Below, one piece after another: positions 50,216 to 60,941 of a stretch of DNA of 64,000 nt. Both the position numbers and the translations under genes were made by a program. The notes beneath the pieces are model-generated. The model had not been told where the DNA came from, did not search any database, and saw only the letters and a program-made list of their open reading frames with translations. The first letter of the stretch is position 1; every line of letters begins with the position of its first letter. The stretch spans positions 473,285 to 537,284 of the forward strand of contig JAKMXF010000297.1 in the NCBI GenBank assembly GCA_024704765.1. The letters run 5' to 3'. The DNA is from Oopsacas minuta. Taxonomy: Eukaryota; Animalia; Porifera.

Positions 50216-51226
50216 CGTGCGTGCTTCGCTTGTTATAAATACATAGTTAAGCGACATCTCAGATTGAGAAATTCTAATTCAATATAGCATACCATAAATC
50301 CTTTCTTTGAAAACGAACAAATAGAGAAACAGACATACATACAAACAACAATTGCAAATTTAATCATATAGATTTACTAGCGCGGTTCGCTTGTTTGCGG
50401 TGTGTGGCTTGCGTACACTCTGTGCTCGCAAGGAACTCGACACTCGAATTGAGCAAAGTATATAAGCAGTGTTCTCGCTAGGCCTTTTTGGGGGGCTCAG
50501 CCACCCCTTATTGTGATTATGCACCCCCCTATCGTGCCTAAATAGACATAGTGTACCCCTCTATCGTGCCTAAATAGACATAGTGTACCCCTCTATCGTG
50601 CCTAAATAGACATAGTGTACCCCTCTATCGTGCCTAAATAGACATAGTGTACCCCTCTATCGTGTATAAACAATGTTATATATTCACCCAAAAAACGGGC
50701 CATCATCTTCTTTTTCCTTAAGGGTGTATTTTTACGCGTATTGTGCACAGAGTGTGTACGGTGCACCCCCCTATTACATAATCCTGACGAGAACACTGTA
50801 TATAAGTAGCAACATATTCACAATACGTTGGTGATAAATTCATATTGGTAACCTAAAAAACAACAAATATTCACAATGCTCAGTTGAAAATATCAAATTC
50901 AGATTCAGCGTACTTAAAACGTGCTTGATGACGCCTATATGTCTGTGAGAGCAAGTCTCTAAGTATATTTATGGATTTCAACTACGTATTTGTTTACTTA
51001 TATTCATAAAACAACAATAAATTTACATATGATTAATCTGAAAGTGTAAAAATCGGAATCAGCATACTGGATTACCCCAATGTAATTGTGTACTTTTTCC
51101 TATATCGTCAGCAGAAGGATATGTTATTCCCTTTATTATATACGCAGATCATCTTCCCCTATCATGAGAATACAAAGTGGACAAACAAACAAACATCCAA
51201 CAATTATTGAGTTTAAATAATATAGA
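50216..51226 (-). mobile_element. Two head-to-tail Helitron-like copies (51226-50377 and 50372-50216)
   Basis: Each starts with A|TCTATA plus microsatellite; 3' ends CTAG|T and CACG|T; junction on the minus strand reads CTAG-TAAA-TCTATA. Confidence 0.6.
50529..50664. repeat. Perfect 32-bp tandem repeat, 4.25 copies
   Basis: Unit ctatcgtgcctaaatagacatagtgtacccct, identical copies, no spacers. Confidence 0.95.
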
Positions 51227-53739
51227 TATTAACTCCAATGAGAAGATTATTCTTAATGTGTATCAATAGGATGTGACCAGGTATTATGTCAGGATTTCTC
51301 TCAATATCAAGATCTTCGGGTTACTGAAATTATCAATATAACACTTGATTATCTTGAGTATATAAGGGACGCCGGGAAATTTCTTTTTTCTTCAAATAAT
51401 CACTATATCCGATATCATTATAAACGATGTATACGTAGTCTATTAAGCAAATTTGGTTCTTTATGTAAATATAATAATACAAATCTGCAGAATAGACTAA
51501 AGGTTTCCGTCAGTTTTATAAATTGCATCCGGTGAGATCAGTCGAGTGCTTAATATTCTACGAAATATAATGAAGCAATCTGAGCAAGCTTCATTATGAA
51601 TCAGGTGGAAAGTAGAGCCCTCTTCAGCGCTTAATGCTTTGCATTCAAAATGTATATAGAAATAGATGCACCCATAGATTTCTAAGGCATTAAAAGTTCT
51701 GTATTGAGCTTAGGAGAAATACAAGAATATATGAAACATTAGGTTTCACTAAATATAAAAATAGCTTGAGATCTTAGCATTTTCATACATTCATAATAAT
51801 TATTACAATATTGCTCTAAGCTAAATATCAGCAAAATTGATGATATATTATTGCCTTCATAAATTTGATGACCTGAAAATGGGCTCATCAAAACTATAAT
51901 TGAAGAGTTCATTCAAACGTAAATCAATAAGCATCATATATATATTTACAGTCTAATTCGTTCAATAGGGCCACCGATTAACAGATCAGGTGTTGGGGAT
52001 AGAATGACAATTATGTTAATCTCCATCTAATCGGGTGGATCGCTTAATTCCGCTAAACTAGGACCATGGTATACTAATACACCTGTATATCTAGGAAAAT
52101 AATTAGTTTCAGAAGAGACGTACCACTTATTAATTGCATTGGACATTCTTGGTATATCCAGATAGAAGAAGTACAACCAGTCCAACGGTCATACTCAATT
52201 TCGTTAATATAAAGTAGGCCCTGTGAGACATCCTTGGACAAATTATAGCAAAATTTTTCAAAGGTATGAACGAAGCAGGTTGGGCTCGTACATAATCGAG
52301 GGGGCAAACCACTGCCCCTGGGTTTACCAGTGCCTATTCCGCTATGCAATGGCACATTAATTCAGGGGTGATATATCCCCGACTAGTGTTGACCAAAGAG
52401 CGCCAGTTTCACGCTCCCACTCTAGCTTTCTGATAATTCTAGCGCTGCCCCTCCCTCTCGCTATTGTTTCCCAATAATCTTATCGCCTCAGCACATTCAT
52501 ATTCGTGCTAACTTGTTTAATACGTCTTTCGATGTAGACGTATTACGTATTATACGTATTATACGTATTTATAATACGTATAATATTTACAATTTTTGGT
52601 GACGTAATTTCTATCGGGCTGATTTCTGCACTAGATATTTTGCATCAACAGTAATTCTCGAATTGTTAATGAGAAATCTCAGCATAGTTGACCAAATTAT
52701 ATAATACTTGATAATTATGTGACTTACAAGCCTAACAATGTCAAAATCTGATATTTCGAGGTTAACCTAGACGTATAATGCATTCAAATAGATTACGTAT
52801 TATACAACTTAGTATTCATATTTGTACATACGTACAGTGGAATCCCGCTTAATTAACGTCCACCCTGATATTGAGACCACTTTTCAAGTCCCGCTCAACT
52901 ACTCATTGCCATTAGTTTAATTAAAATCAGAATTACGGCTATCGTTCAGGAACGAAACCCTATTTTCAACCCTAGGATATTTTAGTTTATAATAATTGTG
53001 TATTCTTAGCACAAGAATTTATAAACATGTAGCTATGGGAATAAATAGGTACTAGCGAGTTCACAATTAGGCAATTTTCATTATTGCAAAGAAGTGAAAG
53101 GGGAATTCAATGCCAATTCAAATAGCAATTTCACCACCGTCACCCAATTTGTCTGAAAATTACTGTAAAGCAAGCTACTAACATGTCTTTACTTCTGTGA
53201 AAATTAAGAACGCTCTTGTTGTTTCTGATTTTGACATGTCAAATTTCTAATATTTTGCTGTTTGACCAAAATGTTGAAATAACCATCTCACGTTAAACTC
53301 GAATAATTCTTTTTGTAATATTCTGTAAACTGCTTTGTAAATTGCTATACAGAAAACTCCCGTTGTGACGAAGTTATTTGTTACCCCCTTTAGGCCAAAA
53401 GCTATTGAATTTCAGCCACGAAGTCCACTGATAACAACCCCAGTGGAACAAATTTGACACAACTTGATATCTTATTGTAAAATATAAGGCTCCAAGTATT
53501 GTGAATAAATATTATCACCAACCTCTAAATTAAATGAATTACTAATATGTGGTTTCCACTGTATTACCATAATGGGCTATGTATCATGTTATTCATGCAT
53601 ACACGGCCATGATGTATGATATTACTTATCAATCGAAACAATTAATATATATTCATATGAAAAATAAAATACACTAAAAATTTGGATATAAAATATAAAG
53701 AGCGTAGGTTAAGGTTTAGGATTAGTTAATTCTAAATAG

Positions 53740-54574
53740 TTACAAAAATGTGAGGGGAATATTACTTAGATCTTTATTGTTGGAATATTCGTTCACAAAT
53801 TCTTTCTCGTATTTAGTCCTATTCTGTATTCCAACTGTTTGGAAAGCTAGAGGGGGTGTGAGTACACCGAACGAGATGTCGTTTTTACGTTTCTTTTGAA
53901 TAGTAGTACTCATCATTGCACTTGGATCTGGACCCATTTCATATGTTTCTAAATAGTACTGTCTGATAAGAAACGTGTTTGGATCAATAAGACAATGGTT
54001 GAGGAGGTAGGTAAAGGCTTTTGGATGTTGACAGCTCGGATTGTCAGCTGTATTTATATACTGGAAATAGTACGCTAGCTCCTCATTAGTCAGCTTGTGG
54101 AAGGTATCACAATCTGTTTCAGACCCAGAACTAGATTCCAATCCTCCTGATTTGAATTTGTGTTTGGTGTTTTGTTTTGTCTTTTTCTTTACAGGTCGGC
54201 GTGTCAGCTGCGTGTAATAATCATTTTCATCACAGACTATAGTATATTCAGATGGTCGTGTAATCAATACAATATTCTCATCCTCGTATGACACGACTGA
54301 ATCATTGTCACTATTGTACTGGGTACAGAATAGTTTATGTTTCATGAGTTCTATCTCTGAAGCATAGTCAGACTCGATTTCTTTATGGAAAGTCTCATCC
54401 GCTTCCACTAAGCTGCCACTGTAGAAGAGAATTTAATTAATTACAAAATTAAGATATTCTGGTCCAGCATTTCAGAGCACAAATCGTATCTTTTCAACTT
54501 AATCTAAGTGGAGTCAGCTAAGTGACTTACCTTCTGAGTAGACTGGTATTCTCATTCACAAAGGATGCTGTCAT
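53740..54574 (-). CDS. Uncharacterised protein, 2 coding exons, about 238 aa
   Basis: Exons 54574-54531 (donor AG|gtaagt) and 54412-53740 join in phase: MTASFVNENTSLLRSLVEADETF...; long open second exon. Confidence 0.7.
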
Positions 54575-57308
54575 GTACTTTCAAGCATATAGCAATAATC
54601 TACTTGTTTGTGGCTTCTGATTCATTTAGTTACCCTGAAAGACAATTTATGCTCTGAGAATGCTAGATAAGCATAATACTAACTTAGTGCACAGCTGTGA
54701 TCAATTGTGATCTAGATGGTGGAATTATTGACGGAGATGGGCTAGTAGTTAATAATCCAGGGTAAAACCTTATCTTTTAGATATCATACCAAATATTGGC
54801 TCACCTTTCCAACTTTCCGCGATAAAATGCCAGTCGAGCGTTACTAATACGTATATCGAAAGTGATATCAGTAATTAACGTTAATTAATTGGAAAAATGA
54901 GACTGAAGTGGAAAGAAAGTGGAATTAGATAACTAATATGTTAGAAATAACATACTTAGCCTATGAAAATGAAGAGCCAATTCATTCATTTCATTGGAAT
55001 AGATTTGGTTCAAAAGGATTAAAAAGAGTTTGTAATTGTTCGATGGCTCTCTTTAATTAGTAGAATGATTTGTCAAGTAGCCCATGGTCAAGTAAAATAA
55101 AGAGCTGTCATATTCGTAGTTGATCTATATTCCCATAGAATCAAATACAAAATTTGGTAGACCATACAAATCCCTTTCAAACATATTGGGGAATTTGTTT
55201 AACTATGTAGGTCAACTCTACGCTACACAAGTAGACGGTCTACAAATAAGTTTATTATAAAATAAATAATAACTGAATATGAAGCATATTTAGAAATACG
55301 TATACAGGTAAAAAAATTGGAAATTTAGAATATACAAAGTTAGAAAACTAACAAATAAATAATTTAGCATAAATAAATAAAATCGTATTGTTTATCATAA
55401 TAATTGGCATAAATTTATGGAATTTTCAGCTACCTTTTCCTGGGTTCTCTCCCCTTCTTGTGGGATCGGTAAGCTGGTAGGTTGTAGAGCTAAATAGTAT
55501 ATAAAATTATCATAAGATCATATAAATATGCAAGGATGTAAACAATTGAAATTTCAATCACATGAGTAGCCAGCCATTCATATGAGATATCTAGCAACAT
55601 TTGAATTACAAAATTAGCTAATTTAGCTGAGCCAACACTTGCTACTCAAGTAAGAAGAAACATGAATCAAGAGCGGCGGAAGTTGTTAAATATCAGTCAG
55701 GCCTTGGCTTAATCCTCTGTAAAGTTGTTAGGTCACTTTACAAAAGATTAAGCCAACAATAGAACATGCCATGTCAAAAAGTGGTCAGGTCATGTGTCAT
55801 ATAACCTAGTACACATAACATACAGGTTGAATATTAGTGATTCCAACATTCGCAGTTGGTCATATTGAAATCGCTTCATTAACGCCTTACAACAAAAACA
55901 TTCCTTATACAGAAGACCCTCGCTAATGCGTACAACCATGTACCAAATTACCAATGAAATAATAAATTTAATTGGTATATGGAATAGGGCTGTATGGATA
56001 GCGTCGGATTAGTGAATAGCAGTTATAACTGACAAATACAGGATCTAGGTCTAGTCTAGGTACATATATAAAAAGTTGTATAAACGAAGAGATTGCCTAC
56101 ATTTTCATTACACAGTATAATAGACATTAGGACAAAAAATTATCACTATATCTAACAAATTTTGTGTGGGACCAGTGGGGTATAATGTAGACGGAGATAA
56201 GTATCAACGAACACAAAAGTATCACTAAATCTATTATCACTATATCTATTATATACTGTAATCTAATTCTCGAAAAGTAGCTGAAGATTTTCCTATATGA
56301 GTTTGCCATTTTAGCATGAAAATAGGGTCAATTCAAAAATTTGAAAAGTCTTTCAGAAATTCGACCCATATTAATGAATTGGTACCAATTCCAAAATAAA
56401 GCACTAATGGACAGATTTCAGCCTTCAACACTTATAGGACAAATTTCAACCTATTTGTACTTTGTAGGAAAAAATTTCAACGTCCAAACACTAACAGGAG
56501 AATTCCATAGGCAAATTCAGCTTTCTCTTACAAAGCATTCAATACCCAATGGTATAAGTATGAGCTAACGAAGTCTATTAGTATAACCAGTATCAGTATG
56601 TTACATATGAAATCCAGTGTATGGCTTTCTTAGGCTCTTGTCTATATATTTTCTTTCAGATATAAGTATGGTATCTTTCCTATAAAAAGTAAATAGTTTG
56701 GCTACCTAAAATGGGAATAATAGAAAGTGTACATTATGGAATTGATGAGTGTTGATACAAGTATTTAAGCTTAGTAAAATTATTGAAAAGAGTACAGTGT
56801 TTGGTAACTAAAACTATTATTAACAATAATAATTGTCGCAATGAGATCTTCGGAATTCAGTTTGTTGTTGATGAAGTAATATTCTTAAAATCCATAGAAT
56901 GGGTCTGATAAAGTGTTTGTAGTATTAGAGTTTAAATTATTGCGGAAACAATATTTCCTTAAAGTAGTTAAGTAGTATATTCGCAGGCCAATTGATATCG
57001 TATAATTGATTCTCATTAGATCGGATTCAATATATTTTTCTTATGCAAAGTATATAATTTTAAAACTGTATATGTTTGCCTCGATATATGAACAACGCAA
57101 TGGCCAGTGCAGTGCTACCTTATTTGGGTCTACTGCTGAGGGTTACTTGGAAATATTGTGGCCTAAGGGAGGCCACAGAAATAGATGATGTATAGAGTTT
57201 ATTCCCCTAAGGTTAGGAAACACTGACATAATCATTAATTGGTTAAATGTATATTATACTCAATACTTATAATCAGTATTTTCAAGTAGGAATCATCCAT
57301 ACAATCAT

Positions 57309-57881
57309 ATGGCACACAGAGCAGAGAAATCTGGAATAGCTGCAGACCTTCAACAGACCAGATCTGCAAAATATCCAAGTGAAGCTGAGAAAGAATCTAT
57401 AAAGTGGATGGAGAGTATTCTAAACGAGAAGAAGAGGGGTACTTTCCAAGAATGGCTAAAGGACGGCTCAACATTATGTCGGTTAATTAACAAGATATAT
57501 CCGAGCACTGTGTCACAAGATCACTGCAAACCTACCGCATCAGGATTAGTATTCAAACAGTATGACAATATAAACCACTTCCTTAAGGGCTGCAAAGAAC
57601 ATGGAGTGTCAGAGAAAGACTTATTTGTAACTCTAGATCTGCACGAAGGGAATGACATGGCCCAAGTTATTGCAACTCTCTACGCGCTAGATAGAAAGGC
57701 TCAAAAGAGCGGACGTAGGCTGCCAGTCCTCTCACCGAAAGAGGCGGAAGGGAAGGTGAGGGATTTCTCAAAACAGCAAATAGCAGATTCCAGCAAAGTA
57801 ATTTCTCTCCAGATGGGTACCAATGCAGGGGCAAGTCAAGCTGGGATGGTATCTCCAGGAACAAGGAGACAAATTAAATAA
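57309..57881 (+). CDS. Transgelin/myophilin (calponin family), CH domain + CLIK repeat, single exon, 190 aa
   Basis: FQEWLKDGSTLCRLIN, FKQYDNINHFL, LFVTLDLHEGNDMAQV and canonical CLIK ISLQMGTNAGASQAGM..GTRRQI. Confidence 0.93.
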   Translation: MAHRAEKSGIAADLQQTRSAKYPSEAEKESIKWMESILNEKKRGTFQEWLKDGSTLCRLINKIYPSTVSQDHCKPTASGLVFKQYDNINHFLKGCKEHGVSEKDLFVTLDLHEGNDMAQVIATLYALDRKAQKSGRRLPVLSPKEAEGKVRDFSKQQIADSSKVISLQMGTNAGASQAGMVSPGTRRQIK

Positions 57882-59071
57882 TCCGATGCTCAAAACTGCC
57901 CTTACTTATTTTCCCATATAATTCACTGTTATCTTAGCTAATGTGTGATGTGACATGTATATGTTTATTATATGATTGAAAGGTAAATTCGCCCTATGTG
58001 AGTACAGTAGATCCGTAATTTCTTACTAACGATTTTGAATTTCGTTATATTTAAGTTGAAAAGAAATATAAAGAAAATCTGTTTCGACTGTAGCTATCAA
58101 AGTACAGTATTTCCCTGAATAAGTGACCAGTAGGAACATATGCTCCTGTTCACACCTTTAGAGATTAAGACATGAAATTTGTCATGCATACCCGTAGTGA
58201 CATCTAGTTGTGCACCTGGCATTTGAAAATTTGTATGGTAGAGATTAGGTTTCAACATGTTATCAGGGCCTCATCAGACATATAGGGGTAATCAAGCTGA
58301 ATCCGGATTTCTTATATGTAAATATATTTGCTGATTTATGATGATAAAGTAATCAAATAAAAGTAATCAAATAATCAAAATCTCTTAATATTGGTAGAGA
58401 CTTTCTCTCGACAGACATATAGAGGTAACAAAGTACGCTGAATCCGTTGGCCTAAGGAAAATTATGTTGGCACAGACGGTGATTTAAGATTTTTTCATAT
58501 AAATAATTTAGAATTTTGAAAATACAAATGATTTTGGGAAACTAATTATCCTAATTTGTCACATAATCATATGACGAGTAAATTTCATCAAAAAAAGAAT
58601 TTTTCTAGAGGGTAGTGATAATGTCTTTATTCACAAGTTTTGGAGCATTTTCTAGCCCCAGACGCTTATTAATGGAAATAGAGAAAGCATTTTAGTTAGA
58701 AGTGTCATATACTATGAAAGAGTTCCGAGGGGGTAACAATTTGAAATAATTACATCAAGGAAATATAAGGTCATACAAATATGCATTGCTCATCATTAGA
58801 TATATTCTAATGATCTGGTTGGAGAGTTATGGCAATGCGTTTAGATAGGTCCGCCCAATAAAACTAATACAGCTTATCAGAAAAAAGACTACATTATGGA
58901 AACGAGGAGAGTTTGAGGGTTGTCAGCAAAAATATTAGAGCTAAGATCATTCTGTGAAGGTGAAGTCGAAAATAATGGACCACAAAATATGTCTCAAATA
59001 CATAGTATAAATATGCAAAAAACAGTAAAAATGGATAAGTATATTATCAGAAAATACACGCAATTAAATAT

Positions 59072-59638
59072 ATGGCATACCGAGCTCCCAAGTCAGGAAT
59101 TGCAGCAGATATTCAACGTAAGAGACAAAGTGAATATAAAGTTTCCATTGAACGCGAAGCTATCGAATGGATTGAGTGCGTAATTTGGGAACAAAAGAAC
59201 TATTCAGTCAACTTCCACGAATGGCTTCTAGACGGTTCTATTCTCTGTAAATTATTTAATTATATTGAGCCAAATCAAATACCTTCCAAACACTTTAAAC
59301 CAACTTCAGCTACCTTCAAACAGCTGGACAACATAAACATGTTTATAATGGCTTGCAAGAATTATGGGATAAAAGAGGGGGATCTGTTCGTGAGTCTGGA
59401 TCTCCATGAAGCAAATGACCTAGCTCAAGTCTTATCCAGTATCTTCTCATTGGAGAGGATGGCACATAAAAATGGTTGGATTGGGCCTCGCCTGGAAGCG
59501 AAGGAGTATGAAAAGTATGTCAAGAAAATTACAAAAAGTAGATTAGAAGAAGGGAAGAGGATAATTCCCATGCAGACAGATAAGAGATTCGCCAGTCCAG
59601 AATTGCTACTATTTGGATCAATTAATCAGTTTATTTAA
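59072..59638 (+). CDS. Second transgelin/calponin-family paralogue with degenerate CLIK repeat, 188 aa
   Basis: Aligns end to end with 57309-57881 (KSGIAAD, FHEWLLDGSILCKL, FKQLDNI, LFVSLDLHEANDLAQV); C-terminus IPMQTDKRFASPELLLFGSINQFI. Confidence 0.9.
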   Translation: MAYRAPKSGIAADIQRKRQSEYKVSIEREAIEWIECVIWEQKNYSVNFHEWLLDGSILCKLFNYIEPNQIPSKHFKPTSATFKQLDNINMFIMACKNYGIKEGDLFVSLDLHEANDLAQVLSSIFSLERMAHKNGWIGPRLEAKEYEKYVKKITKSRLEEGKRIIPMQTDKRFASPELLLFGSINQFI

Positions 59639-60941
59639 TCAATTCAGCAGCAGAATAATCAAGCACATCATCACGCAAGCACCATTAGCCTCATCAATCA
59701 TCAGTTGAATATAAAATATTTTTGGTATCATTGATATATTTCATGTTTATATTGTCGTACGTACGTAATTGCATTGTTACATATTCATTTTCACGCTAAT
59801 AATATTATTTTGCTCGGTCTGTTTCCAATTCTAGCCCAATACTAAGTACACATTTCTAGATCCACTTCTGATGGTGTTGATCTGACACACACACACACAG
59901 CACATGATTGGTAATAATTGGTAGAATGTTCAATAAATTACAGAGGTCTGATACGATAGAATTATTATAACTTCTATAATTTTAAGCTTTTAGTATTCTC
60001 TCATTGGTAACTCATGATAATTATGAACACAGTAATGCGGGTAATCCCCCCAATAGGCCTGCGGCTCGGAAATGGCTTTAGGGTCGCGTGCAACTACAGA
60101 TGTTTCCTAAATTATCTTCTATCTAAAAACATACTTTGGGGGGACCCGGGATTTTTGGAGCCAAACACATTCTAGAAAGGAAGTTTAGAACAGTAAATTC
60201 ACAATCGGAAAGCGCGGCTCCCCAAAGCGTGGAAGCCCCAGCATATGCCTCTTTTGCCATATAGTTAAATCCGGAACTGGTCTTAACTTTGTCTTTCTCA
60301 TCGACCGAACTAATGTAATAACGACCAGATGAATAAATATTCACTCAAACCGTTGTTGACGTTTGTAGGCGTAAGCTCAATGATGCTGTAATGGAGAATT
60401 TATATGTAAAACTAAAAGCATAAAACCAGTAGACCAATACTGTCTAATGGTGTTGGAGGTAAATTACTTTCTAAAATCCGTAAATTGTGTCATAATGAGC
60501 TAATAGTGCGTTTCCCAACGTTACTTATACATTCGAAGGAATAGAGTTGATACGGATTATAAAATAAATCATTACACACGTTTACATGTTTTCCTCAAAA
60601 ATGGATATTGTTGAATATAAGGATTTTTTATGTACCCGTTACCATAAATAACTTAAAATTCATTCAGATTCTTATAATATAAATTATTTCCTACTAAGTA
60701 ATCAATTAATATAATGACTTATTCATTTCATTTCCCACAGTCCTTCCTTAACAAAGGTACATCCAATTTTAGCTGAAGTTATCTTCTACAAGTAACTATA
60801 TTGTTTGTCTATCAGAATAGTATTTGATAAGGATGTGATAATTATTCAAACTTTCATATTCTTTGAATAAGTATACAATGGAACCGGAGCAGGTAAAATA
60901 GTATATGGAGGTGAATATACAATGTCAGAAACATTGTCGGA

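Noticed and set aside
50529-50664. CRISPR-like 32-bp repeats
   Set aside because: Units are contiguous with no spacers, there are no cas genes, and the context is eukaryotic; the same applies to 7041-7135.
51257-51720. 92-codon ATG-less open frame followed by a stop-riddled continuation
   Set aside because: Could be a gene relic, but the length is within chance expectation and no family is recognisable; blastx would be needed.
1800-59770. Apparent abundance of TACGTA
   Set aside because: About 22 are expected from composition, and my rough tally is only modestly higher; not convincing without a proper count.
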